Shown here in pieces: positions 63,490 to 64,000 of a stretch of 64,000 nucleotides of DNA; the stretch's first letter is position 1, and every line of letters starts with the position of its first letter. This DNA is from Nemertoderma westbladi (lineage: Eukaryota > Animalia > Xenacoelomorpha), in NCBI GenBank assembly GCA_032718475.1, contig JAUCBJ010000941.1, positions 1 through 64,000 of the forward strand. Direction: 5' to 3'. The notes under the pieces were generated by a model, which searched no databases, was not told where the DNA came from, and saw only the letters and a list, made by a program, of their open reading frames with translations. A program made the translations under genes and the position numbers.

Positions 63490-63765
63490 GGGTTGACGAC
63501 AGCAGGCAATCATCCCAGGCATGAAAATCGATCAATTTGCTTACTGGGCGGAAAAGCCAACCAACCACCAAGGTTAAGGCTGAATCACCAGCCGATCGCC
63601 TCAATGGTTGGAAAGCCCACTTTGAAAAGCTCCTCAATAATGACAGGGTATTGCCTGATAACTTTATAGAAGTAAAAGTGTCTGAGTCTGTACTCCCAGA
63701 TATTCCCATTGGCGATATATCCTTTGCAGAAGTGAAGGCTGCTGCAATTTTGTTGACAAGCCGGC
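63490..63765 (+). mobile_element. LINE fragment (endonuclease-RT linker region)
   Basis: INLLTGRKS...RLNGWKAHFEKLLN...ISFAEVKAA. Confidence 0.65.
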
Positions 63766-64000
63766 ACAGCATTCTTAAAAATGCAGCTGCAATGCAGCAT
63801 GCCGATCCTAGTATTAGTACGTCGGCGGCCTATGAGCTAAGTAGCAAAGGTGAACGGACACTGACACTACTACAGTAGGCCTGCTACACTCTACTGTTGT
63901 ACTGATACTAGCTAATAAACCTTGAAGATGGTTGCTAAGCAATCGAATCTCATGCCAACTACACACACATGCCAACTACACATATGCCAACTACACACAT

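Larger units (their letters stand above)
62038..64000. mobile_element. Foldback-type structure: long inverted arms with a (GT)nAGTTGGCAT minisatellite enclosing TE fragments; right arm runs off the window
   Basis: About 62363-62560 is the reverse complement of 63819-64000, apart from one ~14-bp indel; the left minisatellite spans 62038-62412. Confidence 0.85.

Overview
AT-rich, repeat-dense DNA from an invertebrate animal; nothing prokaryotic is present. The one intact host gene is missing from the ORF track. It is a 13-exon minus-strand gene (46512 to 9663, 1938 nt CDS, 645 aa), rebuilt by hand with GT-AG introns and matching phases at all 12 junctions. It encodes a signal peptide, a long-form C-type lectin domain (CTLD), and a complete nicotinic acetylcholine receptor alpha-type subunit (Cys-loop, YxCC loop C, M1-M4). 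Two aromatic residues of the ACh-binding box are substituted. Its last intron holds a 12.7-kb BEL/Pao LTR element (10989-23683) with 1155-bp LTRs differing at 8 positions and a GCCTA target-site duplication. This element lacks RT and integrase, carries a degraded extra 3' ORF, and has no tRNA primer site; instead the 11 nt after the LTR are complementary to a site inside its own LTR, suggesting self-priming. The rest is satellites (12, 22, 29, 31, 42, 48, ~55 and 63 bp units), MITE/foldback elements, tRNA-derived SINEs, and fragments of LINE, Gypsy, DIRS-like and IS3EU-like elements. Most long ORFs in the track are satellite artefacts. All calls come from manual reading; no database search was run.
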